Shown here: one piece after another, positions 47,400 to 63,124 of the stretch
Layout of the letters: every line of letters begins with the position of its first letter
How positions within the stretch are numbered: position 1 is the stretch's first letter
Assembly (NCBI RefSeq): GCF_016432865.1
Contig: NC_067401.1
Coordinates: 190,464,001 to 190,528,000, forward strand
Origin: Antechinus flavipes
Taxonomy: Eukaryota
Reading direction: 5' to 3'
Length of the DNA stretch: 64,000 nt
Notes under the pieces: model-generated
Told to the model about the DNA's origin: nothing
The model's database searches: none
The model's input: only the letters and a program-made list of their open reading frames with translations
Translations under genes and position numbers: made by a program

Positions 47400-48440
47400 A
47401 ATAAATTAGTTAAATAAGTTAAAATATATGTTAAATCCAATATAGGCATACATATTTATACAATTATCTTGCTGCACAAGAAAATTCAGATCTAAAAGTA
47501 AAAAAAAAATGGGAAAGAAAATAAAATTCAAGCAAACCACAACAAAAATAGTGAAAATGCTATGTTGTGATCCATCCTAGTTCCCATAGTTTTCTGTCTG
47601 GGTGTAGATACTCTCATCATCATAAAATCATTGAAACTAGCCTGAATCATCTCATTGTTGGAAAGAGTCAATGGCAGGTAGGCCAATGCATGTTAAATAT
47701 GTTGAAATATATGTTAAATCCAATATATGTATACATATTTATTCAGTTATCTTGTTGCACAAGAAAAATTAGACAAGGAAGAAAAAAACTGAGAAAGAAA
47801 ACAAAATGCAAGCAAATAACAAGAGAGAGAGTGAGAATGCTATGTTGTGCTCCACACTTTGTTCCCATGGATCTCTCTCTGGGTGTCGATGCCTCTCTTC
47901 ATCACTGAACAAGTGGAACTGGTTTCAATCATCTCAATGTTGAAGAGAGTCACATCCATCAGAATTGATCATCATATAGTTTTGTTGATGCCGTCTATAA
48001 TGATCTGCTCATTTCACTTAGCATCAATTCATGTAGGTCTCTACAAATCTCTCTGAAATCATCCGTTTCTTACAGAACAATAGTATTTCATAACATTCAT
48101 ATTCCATAATTCAGCCATTCTCCAATTGATGGGCCATCTCAGTTTCCAATTTCTTGCCACTGCCACAAACATTTTTGTACATGTTGGTTCCTTTCCCTCC
48201 TTTAAGATCTCTTTGGGATATAAGCCTAGTAGAAACACTTCTGGGTCAAAGGGTATGCACAGTTTGATAGCCCTGTGGGCATAATTCCTGTTTATTCTCC
48301 AGAATGGTTGGATCTGTTCACAATTCCACCAACAATGTATTAGTGTCCCAGTTTTCCCACATACCTTCCAACATTCCTCATTATCTTTTCCTGTCATCTT
48401 AGCTAATCTGAGAGGTATGTAGTGGTATCTCAGAGTTGTC
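47400..48440 (-). mobile_element. L1 3'-end fragments (two 3'UTR variants in tandem)
   Basis: ORF2 C-terminus LRYHYIPLRLAKMTGKDNEECWKVCGKTG; duplicated aatatatgttaaatccaatata blocks near 47424 and 47706. Confidence 0.75.
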
Positions 48441-50460
48441 TGTGCAACTTTTAAAAAAGTTAATACCCACACTTCATAAATTATTCCTAAAATTTTAGGA
48501 TTTCATACTAGAATCCTTTTATGAAACAAACAAGGTCATAAGATTTAACCAACCCCCCCCCCCAAAAAAAAAAAAAAGAGAAAAAAAACACTATAGGTCA
48601 ATATCATTAATGAACATTGACTCAACACTTTTAAAGAAAATCCTATCAAACAGACTATAATAATTTACCCAAGAAATCATTCATTTTGACCAAGTGGGAT
48701 TTATATTGGAAATGGAAGCATGGTTTGATATGAAGAAAAAAATAAATATAATTAATCATATTAGAAACTAAAATATCCAAAACGACATGATCATCTCAGA
48801 GACGCAAAAAAACCTTTTGACAAAATGCAGCACTTTTTTAATGCTAAAAATATATAGACATAGAAGGACTTTTTTTAATATTATAAGAAGAATCTACCTA
48901 AAACCAAAAAACAAGCTATATAATGTTTTCCAATAAACATGAGAATGAAGCAAGTTCTCCTATTATTTGATAATAGTTTGGGAAATGGTAATGATAGGAA
49001 AAGAGAAAGAAATTTAAAGATATAAAATTAGGTAAAGAAGAGAAAAAGGTAATCTTGTTTTCTGATGATATAATGGTTTCCTTGGAAAATCTTAGGAAAC
49101 CAGCAAAGATATTAATTGAGACAATTAGCTTCAGCTAAGTTCAAAGTTACAAAATAAAAATCCTCAAAAGCCAACATTTCCACATAATAACAACACAAAA
49201 AGCAATGATAGAAAGCAAAATTTCATTTTGAATAACTACAAAATGCATAAAATTGCTGAAGATTAACCTATGACAGTATTTATAAGAATAATTACTTATA
49301 CTTAATTACAAAGTCTTTCTTAAAAAAATAACTTAAATAGTTAGAAGAATATACAGTTATCATGGGTAGGCCATACTGACATTACCAAAAAATAATTTAC
49401 ACTTTTAATGCTATACCAATTAAATTATTGTAGGGATACTTTACAAAACTTGATAAAATAAAAAATTCATGTGGAAAAACAAAAGATTTAGAATATCAAA
49501 GGAAATTATAAAAGAATTAGGAACAAAGGAAAAATAGCAATTCCCAAATTCAAGCTATCTTATTAAGCAGCATCCATTAAAATTATCTGGTATTGATTAA
49601 AAAAGAGAAATAGATCACTGAACAGACTAAGGAGAGATTCAAAAACAATAGAATTCAATAACCCATTATGTGATAAAGTGAAAAACATAAGCTACTTAGG
49701 GGAAAAAAACCTCATTTGATTAAAAAAAAAATCTGCGGGGAAAACTGGAAAACAATCTGACAGAAAGCTTAGACTAGCAGCACCTCACACAAAATTCTGG
49801 GAAGAGAGGGAAGAGGGATATTTGCAATAACTACAGTGTTAAAAAATTGAAAATACTAATAAAATTCATTTTTAAAAAGAAATCACTACTCAAATTTGAC
49901 AGGGAACAAATTGGGCTTATGGAGGTTTGGTTAAGAAGGAAAATAATTCTTGAGAATTGGGAAAGTAAAACAAGAAAAAAGAAACAATTCCTGATCCTAA
50001 AGTGGGGATAAAATAGACGTAAAAAAAGAAAAGAAAAATAAAAAAGAACTAAAATTAAGGGGTCTGGTAGTGAAGTGGTAAAGAGAAATGTATGCCTTAA
50101 ATTGCCTCTTAGATGACTGGAGAATGTTTGAATAAACTGATATTTGAACATAATGGCACAGTAATGGCCAATTCAGGGAATCTCAGGCAGCATGAACTGA
50201 CCTAGTATGAAATGAAAAGAACCAGGATAACAATTTATACAAGGACAGTGAGATTATAAAGAAAAAGAAGTTTGAAAGACTTAAGCACTCTGATTTAATG
50301 TAATTACCAACCATGTGTTCAGAGGACCTATGATGAAGCATTTCACAAACCTCCTGGTAGAAACTTGATGTACATACAAGTACAGAGACATATACTTTTG
50401 GACATGACTACTGTGCATTTATTTGTGTGTCTTTTCTTGACTCTGCTTGTTTCAAGGATC
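48440..50460 (+). mobile_element. Ancient, heavily decayed L1 ORF2/3' remnant
   Basis: Remnant of YRPISLMNIDAKIL (cactataggtcaatatcattaatgaacattgac) and other RT-region motifs. Confidence 0.7.
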
Positions 50461-52118
50461 CTTTTTTAGTTTTTAATTAGGAAGAGAGATCAAAGATCTC
50501 TCCCTCTCTCTGCTCTTTTCCTTCTTCCTCTCCCTTTCACTTTCTTTCCTTCTTCCTCCTCCCTAGACAATGTCAGCAATAGAAATTTTTAAACAGGGCC
50601 ACTGTAACATTGTTTTAAATGAATAGAAGACAATAGAAAAATGTTCATAAGGAAGCACAGGCAAGTAGGACAGTTTTGAAAACAGCATGTAAAATTTATT
50701 ATATACTCTGTTTTGGACCTTCTTTTCCATATGCTGTTCCTTGGTGATTTTGTCTATTTCCCTTGCTTCAATGAATCATCCAGATAGTCTTCCAAAAAGT
50801 CCTGGTGACTAAATCTCAGGAGAGCAATTAGGCAATCATCTGTAAGAGATGATCACTGAAGCAATGAGAACTGATGAAATCACACAGGGACAGAATATGG
50901 AGATCCTGGAGAAATCTCCACTATTGTGGTCTGAGTCATGCAAAATGGTACAACAAAGAAACCTAAGAAAGAAGGGTCAGGAGAACTCGGCGTAAAATTA
51001 TTATGAATCCCAGTTCAGGGAAGTGTGTTCAGGAGGAAGTAGTGGTTAACAAAGATCTACAAAGAGGTCAAGTTGAAGACAGAAAAGAGGGTGTATGGAT
51101 TTGGTAATTAAATAATCATCTATAACCTTGGAAAGAGAACAATTTTAGTTGGGTTGTGGGGTCAGAATTTCACACTATAGTTGATAGAGAAGTGTTAAGA
51201 GATGCTTTTTCCTAGGATTTTTGTTATTAAAAGGAGAAAAAAAATTGAACTTGAGGGTATGGCACGGTCAATTGGGAGGCTTCTTTATAAAGAGATTATT
51301 ATACATATATATACACACACACACACATATATATATAAATATATAAATGTACATACACTTAAATGATACACATATATACACACACACACATGAGCTCATA
51401 TAGGTACATATATATACATGTGAATATATATGTATCTCTCTCTATTTTTATACAAAACACTTTGTAAACCTTAAAGTGCTATATAAATGTTGCCAGTAAT
51501 ATGTCTTCAAAACCTGGCTTCCCTGAGAAGTTCCCTTTGTTGAGTGCTAGGTGAAGAAAGGGATTGGTGTTGCCCAATTTGATTGAAGAATTATCAATCC
51601 CACCTAACTTTCCCAATCCACCAAGCCCATACCACCTTAAACTCCAGTTCTACTCTGTTACCTTCTCATTCTTTCTTCAGCTATATATCCTGACCCTCAC
51701 TCTTTTCTTGAAGATTTCTGTATATATCTTGATCCTCTTCTCAGATTCATTGTTAATGCTGGATTTATCTTCTTGTTGACATGTCATTCCAGGAGATCCT
51801 GGGCCTGAATTGTACATTACTCTCACTTTGTCATCCTTGCCCCTCCCATCCTCCCCCCAAAAAAAAGACTGTTTCTTGATGGATAAGAGATAAGGAAGGA
51901 AAGGGAGAAGTTCAAGTACCAATAATCTCTTCTCTCTCCTTGTTTCAGATTCATAGAACCATAGAAGGTCGGAGCTAGAAGGGATTCCTAAAGACCAAAT
52001 TTTACAACAGAAAAAATTGGATTATAGAGAAAGGAAGTGCCTTGGCCAAGATCACACAATGACAGTACTAGCTTTCCTTTTACTGCACTCCTCTTTCCAA
52101 CATACCAATAATGCCTTC

Positions 52119-52124
52119 TTTATT
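52119..52124 (-). terminator. PRRT1: Candidate PRRT1 polyadenylation signal
   Basis: TTTATT on + strand ~1.1 kb past the stop codon, just before a MIR fragment; not otherwise verified. Confidence 0.45.
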
Positions 52125-53247
52125 TCAAGTGAAATCTATTTTTCTCTTCCTCAATCTCTTTTTCTTATTCTCCATTCTTTCCTTAATTTCCATTAATTCC
52201 CTCTGCACCTGGGGATGGTAGGTGAGGATAGGATATATGCCAGAATGTTTGTCAGAGAGGGAATTGTAGATTGAGTATAATAGTAGTCTCCAGAATCTGG
52301 GGCAATAAAATCACAAAGTTTCTTTAATCTCATCTTTGGGAATATCACACCATCTTTGAGACTGTACATTTTATCAAACACTGTATGGGGAAGGATGGGG
52401 AGCAGCCTGGGAAGGTGGTAGGGAGATGAGGATTGGAGAGTCATGTTCCTCAGAAGACAAGTAGATGGATCCAGGCCTATCCCTGCACGACTGATTTCCC
52501 TCACCTAGAGAAAGGGAGTAAAATTTGTAGATTCCCCTCTCCTTTTCTGGCTCCTCTACTTAGGAAGGGTGAGATAAGGGGAGCTTGGGATGAGATTGGA
52601 GGTGCTTCAGGAACCAGAGATCCCAACATCTATCTTAGGCCATACATAAAGGGTAACCCAAAGTCTGGGAATATCAAGGAGAAGAGGGCCTCCCTGGCTG
52701 TCATGGGAGCTTGGGACTGTACAGGCATATCTAGCTTTAGTAGAGGTCCCTCAGCAGGTGGGAAAAGCCTGAAAAGTAAGTAGAGTCTAACAGCAGAAGA
52801 CAAAGGAGAAGCTTTGCTATGTCTAAAGACAGACCATATAGGAGATTGACATCTAAGGCTCGAATTAACCCAGAAAAATAAGGGAAGTTTGTGTTCTAGA
52901 CCCTGGGGTGGTTGTGGTTCCTGATAAGCTGAACCAATGGAGAGCTTCAAGCTTCCTAATCTGACAGCAGAGGTTCTGGGTCTCGAGGGAAGTGGATGTG
53001 GAGGTTTCCCAAGGGCCATATTTAAGAAATTCCTGGGATCTGTTTAGCTGTTTACTCTGGTAGAAAAGATCCTTGTCAGGTTTAGGGGTATTTCCAGCTT
53101 TGGAGGCTCCTTGGTCTTATTTGGTGGATATCTGGCGGGAGGAGGGGAGGAGGGAGATAGGGGATTGGAGAGACATCACTAAGGGAGAGGAAAGGGTATC
53201 CCAGGAAATTGGGTTTAAGGAGTCTCCAGGCTGGAGAAGGAGAGTTC

Positions 53248-56006
<2,759 letters not shown>

Positions 56007-56318
56007 GACTGTGGGATCTGGAGTGCCGGGATGCGGAGTTCCTTCTCAGTTTGGAGATGCCAACAGACAACAGAGTTCAAAAGCACAGATGGCGCAGCCT
56101 GAGAGAGCAGAGGAGGATGGAGAGATGGAAGATATGGAGAAAGGGGGAAGGAGAGAGGCGGAGGAAAAGGAGAGAGAGGAGGGGGATCTTAAAGGGACCG
56201 AGCTGGGAGGAAGCACCCTTCAAACATACCCTTACTCAATCTCTCTGGGCCCCATCTCCAGTCCTGCCTCTTTCTTCCTTTGATCTCCTAGAGAACCCAG
56301 GGATTCTGGTCCTCTGAG

Positions 56319-56332
56319 ATTGCCATGGAAAC
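56319..56332. promoter_or_regulatory. RFX X-box-like site upstream of PRRT1
   Basis: ATTGCCATGGAAAC, one change from the common X-box GTTGCCATGGAAAC. Motif match only. Confidence 0.35.
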
Positions 56333-56582
56333 AGACTAGAACTAAATCAAGTGGGTTAGAAGAGGGAAGTAACTAGACAAATCCATCATAGATATTTTCA
56401 AGACCCTATAGGTGAGGTGATAGAAGTAACCCCTTCCCAGTCTCCAATAATCTACTAAGTAACTAAATTTGGAACAAGGACAGAAAGGGAAGAGATTGAG
56501 AGATTTCTTCAGAACCACAAATGTTAATTTCTCCACCTGCTTTTCCTTTTTTTTAACCCCCTTTTAAAAAATCTCCAAATAA

Positions 56583-56705
56583 CTCTTGCCATCTGGGGGA
56601 AGGGATGGAGGGAGGGAGGGGAAAAATTGGAACAGAAGTGAATGCAAGGGATAATGCTGTAAAAAATTACCCTGGCATGCGTTCTATCAATAAAAAGTTA
56701 TTTTT
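56583..56705 (+). mobile_element. 123-bp L1 3'-terminal fragment with 15-bp TSD AAAATCTCCAAATAA
   Basis: Same 3'UTR end as the L1s near 34060-34180 and 41120-41210; TSD at 56568-56582 and 56706-56720. Confidence 0.9.
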
Positions 56706-57179
56706 AAAATCTCCAAATAAATATTTAAAGATTAATAAACTCAAAGCCTAATTAACCAGAAGTAGATTCTTAGGAGAGCATGGAACTACAGCAGGTTGTT
56801 TCCAGATGATTCAAGAAATAAATCAAAACTTTGAAAGAAGAATTTATATGAGAACACATAGCCAAATCATTGGTCTCCTGAAATGATTAATAGAATAGGT
56901 AAAAAAAAAAATAAACAAGAATAACAAAATATCCTTGTCCACCTGACGCTTCCCACAAATACCAAGGTATCCAGCCTTCCTCCAAACAACTGATTCCTCA
57001 CCACCATCTCCTTGTCACAATATCCCTCCATCAATCTGAAAAGACAAACACTTTGGGAATTTGGGTTGATATGGGGACACGTTGTTGTGTGATATGAGCC
57101 CACTGAGTCATCTAAAAGGAATGAAGACTTTATCCTTTATCCTTTAGCATTCAAAATTGGATTAAGCATACAGATCAAA

Positions 57180-57420
57180 ATTAGAAGGGAGAGGTGAGTT
57201 GTGTAGTGAAAAGAATATTGAAGTCAGGAGACTTGAGTTCCTGTCCTCACTCCATCACTCATTAGCTTTTTGACTTTGGGCAAACAGACAAATTATGTAT
57301 CTCAGAAATGTGATTGTCTCATTTATAACATGGGGATAATGCTTGCGCAACTTATTTTTCAGGACAATTGTGAGGAAAGTATTTTTTCAATAATAAATTG
57401 ATATCTAAATGTTAGATAAT
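57180..57420 (+). mobile_element. MIR
   Basis: aagtcaggagacttgagttcc...tgactttgggcaa...aaaatggggataat-like CORE and tail. Confidence 0.65.
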
Positions 57421-58233
57421 TTTCTTGACCACTTCCTGATACTATCTCTTCTCTGCATGATTCTATTCTCTCTTGATTCTCTTCCTACCTATCTGATCAC
57501 TTCTGAAGTGTCTTCAGATGGTTCCTCAGCCACATTATGTTCCATTAACTATCAGTATGTCCCAAGGCTCTATTTTAGGTTCTTTTCTCTTGTCTTTCTA
57601 TACTTTCTCATTAGGTAAACTCATGAGCTCCCATGGATTCAATTATCACCTTCATACACATGGCTCCTAGACAATACAATATAATACATACATATACATA
57701 TACACACAGTTTTTGTACAATATATTGTACTACATGCACTATATATTGTATATGTATTACTATGTAAGTTGACAATATAATATAATTCCTATGTTTAAAG
57801 GTGATATGTAATATGTAATATTTATATATTGATATCTCTTTGTTTCCCTACTCTTGCCTAAGCTCCAATACTGTATCACGAACTGGATATTTAGACACTT
57901 ATAGATGTCTCAAATTTAATTTGTCCAAAACTGAACTCATCCCTCAAACAGACATCTCTTTCAGTTTTTTTTTTTTTTACTTCTACCACCTTTTAGTCAT
58001 GCAACTTCATAATCTCAGACATGTTCTCAAATACCCTCTTACTTATGTCACAGATCCAAGCTATTACCAAATCTCATGGTTTCTTCTTCCACAAAATATC
58101 TTGCTGCTGTCCCTTTCTCTTCACATAGCTACCTAATCCTAATAAGGGATTCATCTCTTCTTGGGAATAGCCTCCCAATTATTCTCTTTGCCTCAAATCT
58201 TTCTCTACTTCAGTTTATCTTCTTCACAGTGGC

Positions 58234-58636
58234 TGTGGTGAGCTTTTTCTTCTCAAAAAGCAGCCAGGTGATAAAAGTTCAGATCTTTTATTATCCCAAT
58301 ATAGCCCGGTTAGCTTAGAGGCCTATCTCTCTGCTTGGTTCCAAGAGCTCTCTCCGAATGTCACCAAATCCAAAGGTCTGGTCCTTCAGCCTCGGCCTCT
58401 GCTTTCTTCAGCCTCCAGCCAGCTCCAACTCTTCATGTCATTCCGCTGAAATCTCGACTTGTAGCGTCTTCACTCTCCAGAACTCTCCGACTGGCCCATT
58501 GGCCTATTTATGCTCCTTCCAGAGAGAGGGATTATGGGTAGTTCTACTTAGTACCTTGTTTCAGGTTCTGGCCAAAACAACTTCTTGTAAGATTAGATCA
58601 ACTCTAATTAGTTAGCAGTTAGTAAGGATTCCAACA
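58234..58636 (-). mobile_element. Solo LTR (ERV2-like, 6-bp TSD AGTGGC) inside L2
   Basis: TG...CA termini; TSD at 58228-58233 and 58637-58642; shares ggccagaac..tgaaacaagg and aataaa...cacctggct with the LTR at 46946-47379. Confidence 0.85.
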
Positions 58637-59072
58637 AGTGGCCAAAGTATTTTTCTTAAAGTACAGGTATTGAGTTGTTAATTCAATAAATTCTAATGGC
58701 TCCCTATAACTGTTAGGATTACATAGAAATTAATGTTTGGCATTTTAAAAGTATTCAATGATCCCGATTTAACATTTTAGTCTTATATACATTATTCATC
58801 TCCATGCACTTTAGTGTTTAGTCAATTTGATATTCCTCAAGGATGATACTCTGTCTTCCATAGTCTATCTCCTTAGAATTCATCTCCTTCTCATCCCAGC
58901 TTGTAATCCCTGTTTCCTTTAAGACTAAGCCTGATTGCTACCTTCTTCATGAGGACTCTCTTTTTCTAAATTTCATTTTTTCATGATCAAAACTTTTTCT
59001 TGTGACTCAGACTGAAAAAAAGAAAAGAAAAAGGAAATGGTTGTATTGAATATGCATAGTCAAAAATCTCCA

Positions 59073-59075
<3 letters not shown>

Positions 59076-59159
<84 letters not shown>

Positions 59160-59160
59160 A
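59076..59160. repeat. Compound (CT)n(AT)n(ATGT)n microsatellite
   Basis: Direct reading. Confidence 0.95.
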
Positions 59161-59663
59161 TATTTCATTCTGTATCTTGAATCTATCACCTCTCTGTCAG
59201 GATACATGTAGCATTATTCATCATTGGCCTCTGGAATCATGGTCCATTATTATATTTATTAGAATTCTTAAGAACTTCATAGGTTTTTTTTTTTTTTAAA
59301 AACAATATTATTGTTATGGATAGATAGGGTATGTGTATGTATGGTCTATGTAGGTGGCTTTCTAGGAGGTAAGGATAACTCTGGAATCTAGCTTATCTCT
59401 CTACAAGAGAGAGGATTCTTGTTTGGAGGGGAGAAGTGAAGTGGGGCCACTAGGTTGGCTATTTTTTCTTTTCAGAAAGAAGATACCATATTATAATTAT
59501 ATCTATTTGCTCATATCTTAAATATTTCTAGAGGAAATTATTTTTTGGTCCAAGGAGCTTCTCTGGTTGCTATCCCTTAAAGCAGAAGGAGTATCCCAGG
59601 CTTAGGAGTATGCCAGGTTTAGGAGTATGCCTAAAACTTGACTGGTTCCCACCAAATACTAGC

Positions 59664-59699
<36 letters not shown>

Positions 59700-61689
59700 C
59701 CAAACACCACAATGAGTGAATACTGAACAAGCCCATTTATCTAAGATCACAAACAGAAACCTGAAAAGTTTTACAGACAATAACCAGAGTGAATAAGCTT
59801 TTTAACTGGGAGATAAGAAATCCTAACTCAACCAAGAGGGTACCTGTTCTTAACCAAGAGGAAACTCCCAAAGTCTCTAAGGAGGCAATCTAGAAATTAA
59901 GGATTTGTTGGCTTTCCCCTATGCACCTGTCTTTCAAAATCCATTCTCTTTCTCTCCCAGAAGAAAATCTGGAATCATATGTCTTCCATTCATCCAAAAG
60001 CAGGAAGAAAGCTTCTCTATTCACAAGGTCTTACCTAACTTTGCCTCCTCACTTTCGTCCTTGCTTCAATGTTCAATCAGTATCCTGTGTACCAATAAGA
60101 TTATTATGTAGACTTGAACCCAGGTTACATGTAAATTGTTTTCCTGAGTCTAATCCCTTCACCTTGCATCAGTTCACAGAAGACTTTCAGTTTTCTCTGA
60201 AACTGTCCCTTTAATAATTTCTTTTGCCTATGCCACAAGAATATTCTATTATATGCATATATCTTAATTTGTTCAGACATTTCACAACTAATGGGTACTC
60301 CCTTTGTTTCCAGTTCTTTGACAGGACAAAAAAGAGCTATTATAAATATGTCTATACATATGGGTCCCTTTTCTTTTTGTTTAATCATGAAGCTTTTCTT
60401 GGCTCCTTCACTTATTCTTTCCCTGCAACCCCTTAGGTTTTACTTCATATTTGTTTTGTATATATTTGTATATGTGTATGTTCTCTTCCCCATTAGGATG
60501 TAAACTCTTGGAGGGAAGGACTTTTTGCCTTTTGCCTCTGTAACTCTTTTGCATTATAAAGTGTTTGACACATTAATAGGTATTTAATAAATGTTAGTTG
60601 ATTGATATCTAGTAATTCACATCCCCTCTCATCCCCACAGGTCTTGAGGACAGACCGAACGTGTGAAATTAGAGGAAGACACCTAGGTTTGAGAATGAGG
60701 GAATGGAAGAATACTGTTCTGTCTACAATAACAGGGAAATGGGAGAGGGTTTTGGGGGAAAAGATAGTAATATTTATACCTGGGACAGGAATGATACTAC
60801 AAAAACAAGAAGAAAATAAACTTAGTGTTTCTCCCTTTGCCATTTGATTTTCTGAGTTGTGCAGGGAGTAGGGGTAGGAACAGTTAAGTTCTTAAGCAAT
60901 ACTTGAATCTCTCCTTGTGACCTGTCTCCCAATCTCCACTTCTATCCACTGTTGGGTCAATTCCATTGCTCAGGATTCAACTGTATTTCTTTAAGGATCT
61001 CTAGAATGCTGAAACTTCCATATTGCAAAGGTTTCTACAATTTGTACAATGTGTTTCTTTAAGTTTATTTGTTTGTTTCCTGGCTTGTCTATAGAACGAT
61101 TAGATAGGAGGAGGATGACTGTGGGGATGGTGATGTTTTTGGGGACAGCTGAGAGGTGGTATTATAGCTTCAAGAGCTCGATCCCTTTCTATCTCTCTAT
61201 GATTCTGTTTCTCTTTTCGTTCCCCATATTTCATTGGCCCCAACACAGTTCTATAACTATTTTAAATATTTCTCCCCCAGATTCAGCAAAAATTATGAAG
61301 CTCACCCATTACATTGCCTGTGTCTTCAAATATAACCTTCCCCCTTTGCACAACATGGGGAGGAATTAGTTTTGTTTATTTATTTTTTTGCAATGTGACT
61401 GACATCCGTCAAAATTAAAATGTTTTCCTAGATGCTTTCACCCTTCCCAAAAGGCATGTGGGAAACAAGAGATAGTAATAAATCTGCTTTCTAAAAAAAA
61501 GGAAAAAAGTGGACTGGCAGGCTTGGTAAAAAACAAAGTATATATATACATATATTTACCATGTTTAACATATATTGGATTACTTGCCATAAAAAGCTTC
61601 AATAAAAAGAAAAAAGAAACAGTATAAAGAGAGTGGTCCAACCCAAGGGCTGGACTAGGTGATTCAGTAGGGATCATATAATTTTGAGC

Positions 61690-62620
61690 ATAGAGGCAGC
61701 AGAGATGAAAGGGCAGGGAAGAACCGCCCGGGTAAGTAGGTGAGTCAGCGAGTCTTTTTAGGGCCCTCAAATTGGCGTAGGAGAGGCTGTGCGTGAGGTG
61801 CTAGTTAGACAAATATCCATACTCCGCTCCAAGGGCCTCGAGGACTCTCAGAGCGACTGGAGACCGTAGCCCGACAAGCACTCAAGCCTGAAGAAGTGTA
61901 AGGAGCTAACCCCAGGGCAGGGGAGTCGGGGTGGGGGGAAGAGGAGGAAAACCAGACTGAGGGAGGATTTGCTTTGGTCCGCAGAGTCATTTCCACCAAT
62001 CCGGCTTTACTTGTCTCCAGCCCTCCTAATGAAGGTCAGGCTGAGTGACAGTATGCGGCAGATATTGGCAGGGAAGGTAGATAGATGGATCATGGGAAAT
62101 AAATAAAGGAGGCAAGGCCCTGGAGCTCCTTATCTGGAACGGAACTGGGGACTATTTTCGTTGTCCCGGGACTTCAAACTTCTTTCTCCGAGATTCCATT
62201 TTCCTAATACAGATGGTCGCTCTAACCCCTCTCGTCTTCCCCCTCTACTTCTTTTAGCAAATGGAACATTCCAATCTGCCCCGGGTCTCTTTTCCCCCAT
62301 TCGATCTGACACTAGGTTGCTAGGAACGCCTCCAGGGTTGCCAGGGAAAGCCCCGGACGTGACGCAAGATTGTCGTTCAGCCCCGAACTCCCATCCCAAC
62401 CTTTTCTACGCTAGGGCGCTCTCCCCGCCTCCTGCCCATCCCCCACCTCTTCCCCCCTCTTTCTCCCTTCCCCCCCACCGGGGACTCTGGAATAGGGGGG
62501 AAGTAAACAAGGGGAGAAACGAAGCTCACAGATCCAGGCAAGGGTGGGGGGAGCGAGCAGAGTGCGGATCGGAGAGCGTGGGGGGCACGCGCGACACTTG
62601 CATATATTCCCTGGGGATCC
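61690..62620 (+). promoter_or_regulatory. PPT2: PPT2 CpG-island promoter region
   Basis: CpG-rich; X-box-like GTTGCTAGGAAC (62316-62327) and GTTGCCAGGGAAA (62337-62349); CRE/E-box-like GGACGTGACGCA (62355-62366); AP-1 TGAGTCA (61741-61747). Exon 1 boundaries not resolved. Confidence 0.6.
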
Positions 62621-62941
62621 AGGCTGCTGCTGAGACTGCAAAATGGGAAAAGGGTTGGTGGGAAGTGGGTGCATAGAGCATCCTTGGTGGGGGCCTATCT
62701 GGAGGAAAATTTGGGACTTGGAACAGAAAGGCGTTGAAGGAGCCCAGAATTGAGTCGGGGCTGGGAGAAAAGTTGGTGTAGATCACAGGACATAGATTGC
62801 AAAGTACAAGGGGTGCACTAGATCTGGAACTCTGGGTAGAGTTAGGGGAGGAAGATGGAATTCAAGAAGCTTGGGTTCTTGAAGCAGAAGGATGATCTCT
62901 TTATCTCCTGTTCTATCTTGTCCTTCTTCCCAGACTGGAGC

Positions 62942-63124
62942 ATGCTGGAGTCCTGGAGGCCCCGATTCCCCACGCTGGGAGTCGTGTTCATATTGGCCTT
63001 GCTGCCTCTCCTACTGCTCACGGCTCCGCAATCCCCCAAAGCTCCCTACAAGCCTATCATCATAGTGCATGGACTCTTTGACAGCTCTGCCACCTTTAGG
63101 CACCTGCTGCAGTACATCAACCAG
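62942..63124 (+). CDS. PPT2: PPT2 first coding exon (183 nt coding)
   Basis: [10 protein letters not shown]...QYINQ|gtgtg. Confidence 0.94.

Noticed and set aside
62355-62366. CLEAR (TFEB) element in the PPT2 promoter
   Set aside because: GGACGTGAC differs from TCACGTGAC in the E-box core; better read as CRE-like.
62855-62941. 29-aa N-terminal extension of PPT2 from the ORF track
   Set aside because: The ATG lies upstream of the acceptor at 62934 and would displace the signal peptide.
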